From IMG/VR virus record IMGVR_UViG_3300008116_000004: DNA of 64,000 nt; one strand, 5' to 3'. The position numbers were made by a program, and so were the translations under genes. Origin of the DNA: a virus. Position 1 is the first letter of the stretch. Each line of letters opens with the position of its first letter. Positions 46,370-56,910 of this stretch are shown piece after piece. The notes beneath the pieces were generated by a model. The model was not told the DNA's origin. It was given only the letters and a program-made list of their open reading frames with translations, and did no database searches.

Positions 46370-46760
46370 TAGACTTATCTTTGATCATTTTAAGGAGATC
46401 GGCAGAGGTTAAAACAAGGTTATTATTTGTAATATTCTTTTGTTCTGGAACGTCTTCTTTATCTAAGTCTTTTTTAACTTTTGCTAAGTTCAACAGATCC
46501 TTGTTTGCCTCTGCCATTGTCTTTATAAGATTAGTAGCAACTTCAAATGCTCGTGCTGATTCTGATTGTTTGGCAATATCAATAATATCTTCTAGAGCAT
46601 TCTGACCCTTTTCAATAATATCATAAAGGTTTTGACGTGCATATTCATAATCATCATTCTTCTGTGCTTTAATAGCAGGGAGAACTTGAGTAATTTTAGT
46701 AGTTTGCTCTAAAGGTTCTATACCTAAAGAATCAGAAATAATATCTTTTTTAGCTGCCAT
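46362..46760 (-). CDS. Terminase small subunit gp16
   Basis: DDYEYARQNLY, ARAFEVA, TNNNL..TSADL. Confidence 0.92.
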   Translation of the reverse strand: MAAKKDIISDSLGIEPLEQTTKITQVLPAIKAQKNDDYEYARQNLYDIIEKGQNALEDIIDIAKQSESARAFEVATNLIKTMAEANKDLLNLAKVKKDLDKEDVPEQKNITNNNLVLTSADLLKMIKDKSNE

Positions 46761-47568
46761 AATTATTTTCTACTGTCACAATATAACCAAAATTATCATC
46801 TTCATCTATTGCAGATAATGCTACTGAAAGATCCGCATTAGAAGTAGGTTCACCATCTGCAGTTAATCCAGGTCTAGTAGTAGTTGTAGTTACACCTGTA
46901 TTAGCAGTAGTATCTGAATATAGACGGACATCAGTAAGTTTAATGAGTTTACTTTCTGTTACAGGTCCGTAGAAATAACATTTCATTACAAAATTAAGTG
47001 AGAATACTAAAACTCTTCTGGTTAAGAAGTCTGCAGCATATGTATCATCTATTGCAACTGAATCCAACACTAAAGGTATATCAGTGACATTATCAAAATC
47101 ATTACCTAATAGTTTTGCACTCACAGTCCATTCTGGTGTAAAATACGGAAGAATTTGCTCAACTATTCTTAACCCGTCTTCCATAGTTTTAGACATAATA
47201 TCTAATCTAAATCCAATATCGTAAGGAACTGGATTAAATACTTTATCATAGACATTCACACCATTAAGAGTTTTTCTTGAAGCTACTTTATTAATTGTCT
47301 GCAATTTTCTTGCAGGAGCATAATTAATTGATGATATCTCAAATGCCATTCTTGGAAGTTTAATAGCAGTTAATGCAGTAGCATCCGGGTTATCTTCAAT
47401 ACGAGCAAGAAACTTTTCTCTAGGACCATAAGCAATGGGTACTTTAAAAGTTTGTTCTAGACCACCTGTTGAATTTTTACGTTCAATCTTTATATTATTA
47501 AAGAGAGTTCCAAAAATAACAACATACTTCTTAAAAAGTGAATTATAAAAAGGAGAACTTGAAATCAT
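46750..47568 (-). CDS. Tail sheath stabilizer gp15
   Basis: FGTLFNNI, KVPIAYGPREKF, LPRMAFE, EQILPYFTP. Confidence 0.93.
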   Translation of the reverse strand: MISSSPFYNSLFKKYVVIFGTLFNNIKIERKNSTGGLEQTFKVPIAYGPREKFLARIEDNPDATALTAIKLPRMAFEISSINYAPARKLQTINKVASRKTLNGVNVYDKVFNPVPYDIGFRLDIMSKTMEDGLRIVEQILPYFTPEWTVSAKLLGNDFDNVTDIPLVLDSVAIDDTYAADFLTRRVLVFSLNFVMKCYFYGPVTESKLIKLTDVRLYSDTTANTGVTTTTTRPGLTADGEPTSNADLSVALSAIDEDDNFGYIVTVENNYGS

Positions 47569-48296
47569 TATGCTCTCCTATCACCTTCACTAAACGGATC
47601 TCTTTCTGTAAAGTCTAGGAAGTCTACTGCTTCAGTTTCAAAGAATTCATTCTGGGACGATTGATCTAATTCATCTATATCATATTCTTCTTTAATTAAC
47701 TGATAACCATCTTCTGTAGTTAAACTTACACTGGTTTCCGTAGTAATAATATATGGATCTGTTGTTGTAAGAAGTGCGTTATAAGTTTTATCAATAACAT
47801 CAACACCAGTATTAAATACTTCATTAGAGTATTCAAACAGTTCACATACAACATCATAGAATTGTAATGCACCCATTTGATAGAATACTGGTTTCTTATT
47901 AACAAATTTAATAGTATAAAGAGTCTTAGTAAATGGGAACCATATAAGATCAGATTCAATTGGACGATCTCTTTTAAGAAGAGTACCTACTTCATTATCG
48001 AATACTCTCATTGCAATAGAAAATGTAATTTGATCTCTAACTTCGACACCAAACTTAGATAGGAATTCTCCATCCCCTTCAAACCCATCTACATTTCTAA
48101 TGTACATTTCAACTAAAACTGCTTCACCATACTCTGCAAACTCTTGTTCTCTAAATGCACTATCTCTATTAATAATTTTTCTCGGAATATAATAGTTATC
48201 AACACCATGAATCTTGATAGACTCTATGATAAGATTTTCTATTAGTGATTGCTCACCAGAAGAAGAAAAATTATTAAAATAAAAATTAGTGGCCAT
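47568..48296 (-). CDS. Neck protein gp14
   Basis: EQSLIENLIIESI, LSKFGVEVRD, RPIESDLI, ELFEYSNE. Confidence 0.93.
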   Translation of the reverse strand: MATNFYFNNFSSSGEQSLIENLIIESIKIHGVDNYYIPRKIINRDSAFREQEFAEYGEAVLVEMYIRNVDGFEGDGEFLSKFGVEVRDQITFSIAMRVFDNEVGTLLKRDRPIESDLIWFPFTKTLYTIKFVNKKPVFYQMGALQFYDVVCELFEYSNEVFNTGVDVIDKTYNALLTTTDPYIITTETSVSLTTEDGYQLIKEEYDIDELDQSSQNEFFETEAVDFLDFTERDPFSEGDRRA

Positions 48297-48297
48297 A

Positions 48298-49035
48298 TTA
48301 ACCTATCATATCTGCAACAGGTAAACTGTAGCTGTTGATCATTTCTGCTTCTAGTTTGTCTATCTCTTCATGTGCGTCATTATAGATTTGTGTACCGTTA
48401 AAGGTAATACCGCCTGGTAACTGAACGCCGTTAAACTTAGTAAGATTAGAACCCCATTGCTTTTTAATGAGCTGGGTAGCATATCTTTGCAACCATCTAT
48501 CTGACCATACATCTGAATATGTTTCAGGATCTACAACCTGGTATGCTTCTATTACAAGATAATAACCTTCTACTATTTTAGTCCAATCAACATCAATATA
48601 AAGTTTATCTGTATGTCTATTAAATCTTATTGGTTGCTGTCCTACTAAAAGCTGTTCTAGCATTTGAATATGCTGGAATGCCATATAATAGGGAACCATA
48701 GATTGGTATGTAAGAGTATAAAGATCGTTAAGCGCTATTTGATATCTTATGTTAAAAATATTATTAACAGACATATAATTGCCAATATCAAATATTCTTA
48801 CAGCTCCTATAATATTTTCAGGGAGAGTAATATATTTGTTGGAAATATCACTTGCAGTAACTAGATGTTTATAGTATACTTTCTCTGTACCATCGAAGTG
48901 ATAATCCCAATAGTATTTGAGAGCTTCATCAATACGATCTTCAACCTGATCATCATCCACGTTGATTTCAATAACAGGTTTGCCGAGTTTTCTCAGGCAA
49001 TATTCTTTAAATTCTTCTCTAGATGTAACTGCCAT
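48298..49035 (-). CDS. Neck protein gp13
   Basis: YCLRKLGKPVIEINVDDDQVEDRI, KKQWGSNLTKF, LPGGITFNG. Confidence 0.94.
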   Translation of the reverse strand: MAVTSREEFKEYCLRKLGKPVIEINVDDDQVEDRIDEALKYYWDYHFDGTEKVYYKHLVTASDISNKYITLPENIIGAVRIFDIGNYMSVNNIFNIRYQIALNDLYTLTYQSMVPYYMAFQHIQMLEQLLVGQQPIRFNRHTDKLYIDVDWTKIVEGYYLVIEAYQVVDPETYSDVWSDRWLQRYATQLIKKQWGSNLTKFNGVQLPGGITFNGTQIYNDAHEEIDKLEAEMINSYSLPVADMIG

Positions 49036-49069
49036 TTAAATATCCTTTTTAGATATTTATGAATCCTGT

Positions 49070-49648
49070 TTATATGTAAAATCCAATGATTTTACCGTTT
49101 TTATCAGAATACTTTCCTGGATTTATATTTACTGGGTTGTATACAGACGCAAACGGCGTCAGAGGAGGAACATCTTTTCCGTCTATGCATAGTTTTATAT
49201 TAGAAAAATATACCCTTTTTAGTGTTGTTCTAAAAATTCTATAGATTGATAATTCATGTTCTTCTACTTTAATAATATGGTTTCTATTAGTGGGAACTAC
49301 ACACCAGTACGAACTATCAGGTTCTATAGATGTTATAGTTACTGAATTACAAGAATCGTGAACTGGGTAATAAAGACGTTCCAATTGAGATGTAAAAATA
49401 GGATATGTCTTGTGATTTTCGTCTAACTGCTCAGTAACATTATCATCAAAAACACCCTGAGGTTGACCATCTGTTAACCATTCTATTTTAAATGTGTTTA
49501 GAGAGACATGATAGCGATTATAATTTTCTGTACTAAAAGTGCCATGATCAAAATTAAAGATAAACTTATCACCAGCTTCAGAAAAAACTGCACGATCGCA
49601 GTTTATACCTGCTAATCTGAAAACTTTGCTATCAGTCATAGTTATCAT
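49070..49648 (-). CDS. Hypothetical protein
   Basis: ORF track. Confidence 0.55.
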   Translation of the reverse strand: MITMTDSKVFRLAGINCDRAVFSEAGDKFIFNFDHGTFSTENYNRYHVSLNTFKIEWLTDGQPQGVFDDNVTEQLDENHKTYPIFTSQLERLYYPVHDSCNSVTITSIEPDSSYWCVVPTNRNHIIKVEEHELSIYRIFRTTLKRVYFSNIKLCIDGKDVPPLTPFASVYNPVNINPGKYSDKNGKIIGFYI

Positions 49649-49965
49649 GTTAAAACAGCTCCTTCAGGAATTAATTCACTTAGATCAAACTCATATACTT
49701 TATCTACTTCTAATTTAGCATTTTCTATACTATTAAAATTCTTTTTACTATCTTCTTCTATTTTTTGATTAGCAGCTATCTCAACTCCTTGGATTGCAAT
49801 AGCATAGATAGTTTCACGTAGGTCATCTGGATTAAAATTACCGATATTATAGGTGTATTTTCTATATTCACCAACATCTAAATCATTTTCATCTGATGCA
49901 AAACTTACTACCAGAGAATGAGTTTCTTCATCATATTCATGTATCTTCATTTTCAATCTTTGCAT
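49645..49965 (-). CDS. Hypothetical protein
   Basis: ORF track; acidic. Confidence 0.55.
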   Translation of the reverse strand: MQRLKMKIHEYDEETHSLVVSFASDENDLDVGEYRKYTYNIGNFNPDDLRETIYAIAIQGVEIAANQKIEEDSKKNFNSIENAKLEVDKVYEFDLSELIPEGAVLT

Positions 49966-49975
49966 TTTATTCCCC

Positions 49976-50689
49976 TTAAGTTGCAGAACCTAAACGTGTA
50001 CCAATTGCTGCCCAAGTAGCATATTGTTGTCCACCTTGTATATAAGCTCCTCCTGCACCTGCTGCAGTCTGACCATTTTGACCTGCTGCACCTGGGCCAC
50101 CACCTGCGCCTGCACCACCTTCACCAGTACCGGCTGCACCTCCAGATGTTCTGGTACCTGAACTACCACCGTTACTACCTGAACCGCCTGAGCCAGGAGT
50201 ATAACCAGCACCTCCACCACCACCAGAACCACTAAACGAGCCACCACCGTAACCACAGGATCCGTATGTAGTGCCACCACGACCAGCACCACCACCGCCA
50301 CCACCACCTGCAATAGTCCCATAATTGTATATTGTAGTGGGGTATGTTAATAATATTGCAAGACCACCGCCTTGACCGTTAGAGCCACCACTACCTCCGC
50401 TACCTGCATTACCACCATTACCACCTTTACCTATTATAACACCGTTATTAGTAACTCTTATAGTATCACCAATGGTAAATCCACTTATATTTAATGCAGC
50501 TGATGTAGATGTACTTCCAACGTAAACACCAGAATTAATATTGAGTCTGATATCACTTTTACCTGCTCTATACCTACCAGTATTCGATGCAGCAGTTAAT
50601 AGATTGTAATTTTGAGTATCAGAAGCAATAGATAAATCTATACTCGATCTTAAACCACCAAGACCTAAAAATACATTATATATTGACAT
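49976..50689 (-). CDS. Glycine-rich receptor-binding adhesin (gp38-like)
   Basis: Beta-helix-like segment (LNINSGVYVGS, VTNNGVIIGKGGNGG) followed by polyglycine motifs (IAGGGGGGG). Confidence 0.65.
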   Translation of the reverse strand: MSIYNVFLGLGGLRSSIDLSIASDTQNYNLLTAASNTGRYRAGKSDIRLNINSGVYVGSTSTSAALNISGFTIGDTIRVTNNGVIIGKGGNGGNAGSGGSGGSNGQGGGLAILLTYPTTIYNYGTIAGGGGGGGAGRGGTTYGSCGYGGGSFSGSGGGGGAGYTPGSGGSGSNGGSSGTRTSGGAAGTGEGGAGAGGGPGAAGQNGQTAAGAGGAYIQGGQQYATWAAIGTRLGSAT

Positions 50690-50690
50690 A

Positions 50691-51260
50691 TCAAGTCAAC
50701 CCTGCACCTGTAATAACTGCATATGTCGGATTAATAAAGAGAACTGTACATAAACCTGCTGTTGCGAGTGTTCTACTTCCAGTAGTAACAGAAGGCTGTC
50801 CAGCCCAATATAATGTACCTCCACCGCCTTGTACTATAGTAAATGCAGGACCAGAATTATAAATTGTTATTGTATCACCTCCAACAAATATGCCAAATGG
50901 AACTGTCATAGTTCCACCAGCACCATTATATACTACTTTACCTGAATCTAAAGCAACTAATGTATATCCAGAACCTACAGGATTCATAGGTACCTGTCTT
51001 ACGTTACCAATTCTATCTGAAATAGTATTAGAAGATGATAATATTGCAGAGGTACCTAAAGTGACATTTGCATAAAATGTACTGTTACCACTAAAATATG
51101 ATAATGAATTAGAAAAAAAGTTTGTATTTGATGTTAGATTAGCATTATGGACATGTTCACCTGTAAATACAAAGTAGCCAGTAGTATTCACTGCTTCTGA
51201 TAAGGAAGCATTGAGATCAGCAGCAGTAAGCGTTTCACCAGCTACATATGTCTTACCCAT
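50691..51260 (-). CDS. Tail-fibre-associated protein
   Basis: GETLTAADLN N-terminus; YTLVALDSGK...ITGAGLT C-terminal module. Confidence 0.55.
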   Translation of the reverse strand: MGKTYVAGETLTAADLNASLSEAVNTTGYFVFTGEHVHNANLTSNTNFFSNSLSYFSGNSTFYANVTLGTSAILSSSNTISDRIGNVRQVPMNPVGSGYTLVALDSGKVVYNGAGGTMTVPFGIFVGGDTITIYNSGPAFTIVQGGGGTLYWAGQPSVTTGSRTLATAGLCTVLFINPTYAVITGAGLT

Positions 51261-51263
51261 TTT

Positions 51264-51623
51264 TTACCCCATTATAAATTCGTTTGATGGCCAAGGACCA
51301 AGCACTTTAGGTTCTTCTCCAGGAACAGGTCCTAATCTACCAGCTCCTGATGGTGATTCAAGAGGTGCATTAGATACAGTAGATCCTGCTATAATAACTG
51401 CACCACATCCGCAAATACTACCGGATACAGCAGTAATAGCACTCTCACATTTAAAATTGCCTGACCCGTTTACTATAGGAGTAATACCATGACCAGGGAT
51501 AGGACAAGAATGTAAATCTCCTACCCTGGCTGTCAAAACTCCTTCAGTTTTAGTAACGGAAGCTGATGATATAATAACACCACCATGAGAACTTCCGTCA
51601 CCAAGTCTTGCAATTAATGCCAT
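51264..51623 (-). CDS. PAAR spike-tip protein (gp5.4-like)
   Basis: IARLGD..SHGG, TARVGDLHSCPIPGHG, CGCGA. Confidence 0.9.
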   Translation of the reverse strand: MALIARLGDGSSHGGVIISSASVTKTEGVLTARVGDLHSCPIPGHGITPIVNGSGNFKCESAITAVSGSICGCGAVIIAGSTVSNAPLESPSGAGRLGPVPGEEPKVLGPWPSNEFIMG

Positions 51624-52243
51624 TAAGCACCTAGAAGACCTTTAAATTCTTCTGTATGCTTCTTACGATCTTCAAGACCAATAGTACCACCGTTAATTCT
51701 TTTTGTAACAGCAGTAACATCATCTTTATCTGCAAGAGCATTAAGACCGTTCTTATTCCAGAACCATGCTGCTGATTCACAAGCACCTTCTGGTGTCTCA
51801 AGGTAGGCAGCACATTCTTCTACTGAAATGCCCATATCAGCAGCCATTGCTGAATAATTATTCTTACCAGTCAATTGGATCAAACCACGACCACGATAAC
51901 GGAAACCATCACCTGATGCAGTATCGCCATTTCCCATACGAGATGCATAAACTACGTTTGCAATCTTTTCTGGTTGACGAGCATATTCAGCCGCACTACG
52001 ACCTGCATTCTTGAAGTACTTTGGGAATACTTTATCGAGGCTTTCTGCTGAGTAGTTAAGGTTTTCTACGATTGCTCTGAAACCACCAGACTCGTGAGCA
52101 GTCTGTGCAAGGAAATGTGCAAGACGAAGTGGTGTATTGATACCATACTTCTCTGCAAACATTTCTAAACTACCAGCAAGTGCTTTAACAATATCTGGCT
52201 TTGAGTTAGGATAACCATGTTTAATTTGTTCTTCTGTAAGCAT
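51623..52243 (-). CDS. GH19 (chitinase-like) endolysin
   Basis: FLAQTAHESGGF, ENLNYS, YRGRGLIQLTGKNNY, SAAWFW, TKRINGG. Confidence 0.92.
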   Translation of the reverse strand: MLTEEQIKHGYPNSKPDIVKALAGSLEMFAEKYGINTPLRLAHFLAQTAHESGGFRAIVENLNYSAESLDKVFPKYFKNAGRSAAEYARQPEKIANVVYASRMGNGDTASGDGFRYRGRGLIQLTGKNNYSAMAADMGISVEECAAYLETPEGACESAAWFWNKNGLNALADKDDVTAVTKRINGGTIGLEDRKKHTEEFKGLLGA

Positions 52244-52253
52244 TATATACTCC

Positions 52254-54626
52254 TTATACTATATTTTCGTTATACATTATGAACGCAAGATCAACTCTTG
52301 GAGGTTTATATTCATAGGATTGTGACACAATAATATTAGTCACATTAGATGCATCTGAAGGTGCTAATTTGAAAGTATTTGCTGATGAAATAGCATGTGT
52401 ATGATTTAATGAGTCTTCAAACGTATGGCTACCGATATCAGTTGCAGTTCCAAAACCAGTATCTTCACCAGTAAGTGGGCCTAAATGTGAGTGATTACCA
52501 TTAGCTTCCATAGTGATATCAGATATAGTCATGGTGTTAGATGAATTATATACTACATCATGATAGGTATTAGAAGTATCAAAATTAGCATAGATAAAAT
52601 AACCTCTAAGATCAGGAGTACCTTTAGTACCGTCACAAAAATGCCAGTTAACTGGCAAGCCTGCAGAGTTAGAATATACTCCTGGATATAATGTACTTGG
52701 TCCTATAGAATAAGCAATAATAACACCGTTCGCAATTAACGTCTCATCCTGAGTTGTTATCCATGCCTTTAGTATTTTTGATCTTAATGCAACATTAGCA
52801 GTATATGTTATCTTATGATTGTGAATACCTGCATCTAATATTCTGTAGCCTTTTTGATTAGTCTTATTTGATCTACTTCTATTAATAACCGGTACTGATT
52901 CATGATTATGTGATAATACAGTATTAGATAATAATGAGAATGATAAGGTGTTTGCTAAGTTTAAAATACCTTGTTCATTATTAGTTGCAATTAGTGGTAG
53001 TATTTTATTATTTGCAGAGTATGTGTGTGAACTATCATCTCTGGTATAGTTGTTAGTAGGAAGATCATCACCAAATACTAAAACATTCTTAGGAAAAAAG
53101 TAAAGTTTCTTGTCGTTATAAGTTGTAGTAGTGGTAGTGAGAAGTGGATCACGAAGAATTGGATTTACTGCAATTGCATTTATACCTTGTATAGTACCAG
53201 TATAATCTTCTTCACCATACACTACACTTCTTAGTGAATCTGCAATACCAGATGAAGAATGGTCATGGGTGTGATCACCAAATTGTAGTCTATAAGTTGC
53301 AGGTAGTACACCGTTGTTTGATGCTGGTGAATCACCAGATATAGATCCTAATGCATTATAAATTGTACTTCTTACTAATGTGCTAGGACCGTGTGTATAA
53401 GATTCAAAAAGAGTTGCACCAGTATTAGGCAAGCTGGTAGAAGAAGAACGACATACACCAGTATTTGCACCCCAATTGTTGTCTGATATTACACAACTAA
53501 TAAGAGGGTTACTTTTTAACGTAGTTAATGTGCCATTTTCATCATAATAAGATGCTACAGGGTAATAAATGTCTGAGTATTCTCTGTAATTATCATAGTT
53601 AAGAGTACCAGAAGGTGTACCGGAAAAATCTTCTACTCTTCCGTAATAAAATCCACCGTTAAACGTGGTGATTGAAACAAAATCAGTGTAGTTTGCATTA
53701 GATGTAAGTGTAGGTCCTTCTGGAGAGTAGATCCCCTCACCTGATGGCCATACAATAGTTTGATTTGACCAATCTACCGTTCTACCACCTGTAGCATCTT
53801 GAGTTAATGCTAATGAAAATGTATATGCTTTACCTGCATTGAGTCCAGCAGTACTTAAAATAATTGCTACTGATGCTGCATTTAGTGTAAGAGTATGAAT
53901 ATTACCATCAGCAAATTCTAATGTTACTTCACTACCAGAATTACCTTTAACATTAATTATTTCACTATAACTTTTTAATGATGGTGATATAACAGTGTTA
54001 CCGTTAAAGTTTACACTAGTACCGAACGAATTAGTTACATACGAATTGCTATCAAAGTAAAGACCGTTAGCAGTAGCATTTACTCTTACAAAGTGATTTG
54101 CTTTTGATGTATAACTAGAAGGGACGTCAGTAAGAGTAGTGAATGCAAATGGTGTAGTATTACCTGGATCACCAGCCGATCCTTGATATCCAACTGAACC
54201 TTGGTATCCTGCTGATCCTTGGTCGCCTACCGATCCTGTATAACCAGTACCACCTAATGAACCCTGGTAGCCTGCAGAACCTAGATAACCTACATCACCT
54301 ACTGACCCAGTGTATCCTACAGAACCTAGATAGCCTGTGCTACCAATAGATCCTTGATAACCTACTGCACCTTGAACTCCATCATCACCAGTTGATCCTG
54401 TATAACCAGTAGAACCAAAGTAACCGGTTGTTCCTAAAGAACCTTGATAACCAACTGATCCTGTATAACCTACGATTTCAGCAAGATTAATATTTGCTAG
54501 TTCTGCTACTGATTGATTAGACCAGTATGGTCCAGAAGATCCAATAACAAGAAGCGCTCCTACATTAGCTTGTCCGCCTGTAGAATTAGCTGTATCAATC
54601 TGTGAAACATAGATTTTAGTTGACAT
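52254..54626 (-). CDS. Tail fibre protein with collagen-like GY(T/Q)GS repeats
   Basis: Gly-X-Y tract near the N-terminus, QDATGGRTV domain, collar-like CDGTKGTPDLRG, several HxH motifs; late promoter at 54656-54663. Confidence 0.75.
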   Translation of the reverse strand: MSTKIYVSQIDTANSTGGQANVGALLVIGSSGPYWSNQSVAELANINLAEIVGYTGSVGYQGSLGTTGYFGSTGYTGSTGDDGVQGAVGYQGSIGSTGYLGSVGYTGSVGDVGYLGSAGYQGSLGGTGYTGSVGDQGSAGYQGSVGYQGSAGDPGNTTPFAFTTLTDVPSSYTSKANHFVRVNATANGLYFDSNSYVTNSFGTSVNFNGNTVISPSLKSYSEIINVKGNSGSEVTLEFADGNIHTLTLNAASVAIILSTAGLNAGKAYTFSLALTQDATGGRTVDWSNQTIVWPSGEGIYSPEGPTLTSNANYTDFVSITTFNGGFYYGRVEDFSGTPSGTLNYDNYREYSDIYYPVASYYDENGTLTTLKSNPLISCVISDNNWGANTGVCRSSSTSLPNTGATLFESYTHGPSTLVRSTIYNALGSISGDSPASNNGVLPATYRLQFGDHTHDHSSSGIADSLRSVVYGEEDYTGTIQGINAIAVNPILRDPLLTTTTTTYNDKKLYFFPKNVLVFGDDLPTNNYTRDDSSHTYSANNKILPLIATNNEQGILNLANTLSFSLLSNTVLSHNHESVPVINRSRSNKTNQKGYRILDAGIHNHKITYTANVALRSKILKAWITTQDETLIANGVIIAYSIGPSTLYPGVYSNSAGLPVNWHFCDGTKGTPDLRGYFIYANFDTSNTYHDVVYNSSNTMTISDITMEANGNHSHLGPLTGEDTGFGTATDIGSHTFEDSLNHTHAISSANTFKLAPSDASNVTNIIVSQSYEYKPPRVDLAFIMYNENIV

Positions 54627-54664
54627 CTTATATCCTGATAATTATATTACTAGTCTATTTATAA

Positions 54665-55024
54665 TCACTCAGGAATTACTACTTCATCCCAAGATAGAGT
54701 ATTTTCATTCCAATTATAAATCTTACCATCAGTAGGATAAGGAGTAGGAGCTTCCCAGAGACAAGTAGTTTCATCTAATGTCCAGCTATTAAAAGGCTTA
54801 GGTGGAATAAACGCATCACGACCAGCATCATAAGAATAGCCAATTCCTGCATAATTTTTACGAAGAGGGGTCCCACCATTTTTGTGCTGACCAGCATATG
54901 TATTATAACTGGTTTGGATCCAGCTTGATGGATCGCCTACTGCTCCGGAATTAATAAAATCTTGTTCTGCAACTATCACCTGAGTTACAATGTTGTTTTC
55001 ATCAACATGTGCAAAATGACTCAT
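54665..55024 (-). CDS. Tail-associated protein (possible fibre assembly factor)
   Basis: MSHFAHVD, WIQTSYN, RKNYAGIG, DAFIPPKP, WEAPTPYP; late promoter at 55057-55064. Confidence 0.6.
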   Translation of the reverse strand: MSHFAHVDENNIVTQVIVAEQDFINSGAVGDPSSWIQTSYNTYAGQHKNGGTPLRKNYAGIGYSYDAGRDAFIPPKPFNSWTLDETTCLWEAPTPYPTDGKIYNWNENTLSWDEVVIPE

Positions 55025-55064
55025 TTTATACTTCTCCTGTAAATTTTATTTTATACTATTTATA

Positions 55065-55976
55065 TTACCATACAGTTATTATTGCTAACCCGTCACCACC
55101 TCTTCCACCAGTACCACCTGCACCATTACCAGCGTTTCTTGATGATCCACCACCACCGCCGCCGCATCCATAGGCGCCATCACCTCCATTACCTGTAGTT
55201 CCTGTTAAGTTTGGTGAGCCTCCTCCACCTGAACCACCAGTACCATACATATAATTCGAATTCCAAACACCAGGCAACCCGTTTTGTTCAGGTGCACCAC
55301 CAGATATTGTTTGGGTTTGAAATGCACCGGTTATTTCCGCTCCTGCAAACCCTGCAGCACTTGCACCAGTACATCCTCCCCCACCTGCACCACCTCCTAC
55401 TATATTTACACCTAATGCCTGGCGGCTGTTGTCAGTTGTTGAAGTACTAACAAAACCTCCACCACCAGCTTGTCCTGATGTTGAATTAAACATAACAGCA
55501 GAACTTCTTAAAAGTAAGGAACCTAAACTTCCTGCTGCACCTCCAGCACGAGAGCCAGTACCACCACCACCGGAGCAACTCATAATATGATATTGTGAAT
55601 TTATGTAAAGAGGATACCATGCAATAACACTATTAGTACCAGATGAACCAGTACCACCGGTAGTAGCTGCTCTTGCCCCGCCGTTCCCACCAATACCAAT
55701 GTTTATATAAATTGTTTCAGGTAAGTATTCTGTTGGCATTACCAATGTAGCTGTAGATCCTGAACCTCCACCTCCACCCCCTGCATATGAAGAAGCTGCT
55801 CCAGTTGGTTGTGAGCCGCCACCCCCTCCACCACCAGCTCCTATCAATAAAAAACTTATCATTTTTACTTTATTGGGAATTGTAAATGACTGAAATCCGG
55901 TGATTTGCGCACCGGTAGTAGCGGTGAATATAAAAGTATCCCCGTATTTTCCTATTGTGTCATTAAGTGTTGTCAT
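55065..55976 (-). CDS. Glycine-rich fibre-tip protein, paralog 3
   Basis: IGAGGGGGGG...GGDGAYGCGGGGGG...GGDGLAIITVW. Confidence 0.7.
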   Translation of the reverse strand: MTTLNDTIGKYGDTFIFTATTGAQITGFQSFTIPNKVKMISFLLIGAGGGGGGGSQPTGAASSYAGGGGGGSGSTATLVMPTEYLPETIYINIGIGGNGGARAATTGGTGSSGTNSVIAWYPLYINSQYHIMSCSGGGGTGSRAGGAAGSLGSLLLRSSAVMFNSTSGQAGGGGFVSTSTTDNSRQALGVNIVGGGAGGGGCTGASAAGFAGAEITGAFQTQTISGGAPEQNGLPGVWNSNYMYGTGGSGGGGSPNLTGTTGNGGDGAYGCGGGGGGSSRNAGNGAGGTGGRGGDGLAIITVW

Positions 55977-55983
55977 TTATTAC

Positions 55984-56910
55984 TTACCACGCTAAGATTA
56001 TTAACATTCCAGGTCCACCATTTCCACCAGCACCCGCTGTTGTACCAGCTCCGCCACCTCCACCTCCACATCCATAAGATCCATCACCACCTCTACCACC
56101 AGTACCGTTGAACCCAGCACCTCCTGCACCACCCAAGGAAGCAAATGGTTTCAATACCATTGTACCATTACCTCCAGGTGAGTTAGCAGCAATTGCACCA
56201 CCTGGTATTGTTGGTAGAATTTCAGAAAATAAGGCAGAAACATCTCCACCAACACCACCAACGTTACCTGTTGTGACCCCACCTCCACCGGCACCACCAG
56301 TTAAAGTAAGGTTACCAGTACCACCTGCGGAAACACTTCCTCCAGTCGGCGCAGCGCCGCTGCCACCAGTACCACCCCCTAAACCGGTAGTTTCAACAAA
56401 ATAACATTGACCTGATAGAGGGTAATTCGTTGAGAAATTTGTTACACCAGGATTAGCACCACCGCCAGCACCAGTAGTTTGAGTTCCAACGCCACCATCG
56501 CCACCAGATGCACGTGCTAATGTATTACCTGCAGTAGATGTGAAATTAGTAACTGGTAAAAATACTATGGTTTCTGAACCATTAGTGCCATTTGTACCAG
56601 ATGCCCCACCTGCACCGCCTTTACCAACAGCATATGCAATTGATTCAGGTAAAAAACTAGTGTGATAAGTTGCGGAGAGCCATGATCCTGATGCTCCTCC
56701 TCCACCGCCTCCCCTAGCTATACCAGATGCAGCTGATCTTCCTGAACCTCCACCGCCTCCTCCGCCAATGCATATAAAGGTAATAAAACTAGCTTTCTGA
56801 GGTATATTCCATTTACCAAACGTATATAATACAGCAGATGATGGTCCGGGACCATATACCATATATGCAATATCATTTTCGTCAAAATTTAAAAACATTT
56901 TTAAAAACAC
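55984..56910 (-). CDS. Glycine-rich fibre-tip protein, paralog 2
   Basis: CIGGGGGGG...GGDGSYGCGGGGGG...GGPGMLIILAW. Confidence 0.7.
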   Translation of the reverse strand: MFLKMFLNFDENDIAYMVYGPGPSSAVLYTFGKWNIPQKASFITFICIGGGGGGGSGRSAASGIARGGGGGGASGSWLSATYHTSFLPESIAYAVGKGGAGGASGTNGTNGSETIVFLPVTNFTSTAGNTLARASGGDGGVGTQTTGAGGGANPGVTNFSTNYPLSGQCYFVETTGLGGGTGGSGAAPTGGSVSAGGTGNLTLTGGAGGGGVTTGNVGGVGGDVSALFSEILPTIPGGAIAANSPGGNGTMVLKPFASLGGAGGAGFNGTGGRGGDGSYGCGGGGGGAGTTAGAGGNGGPGMLIILAW

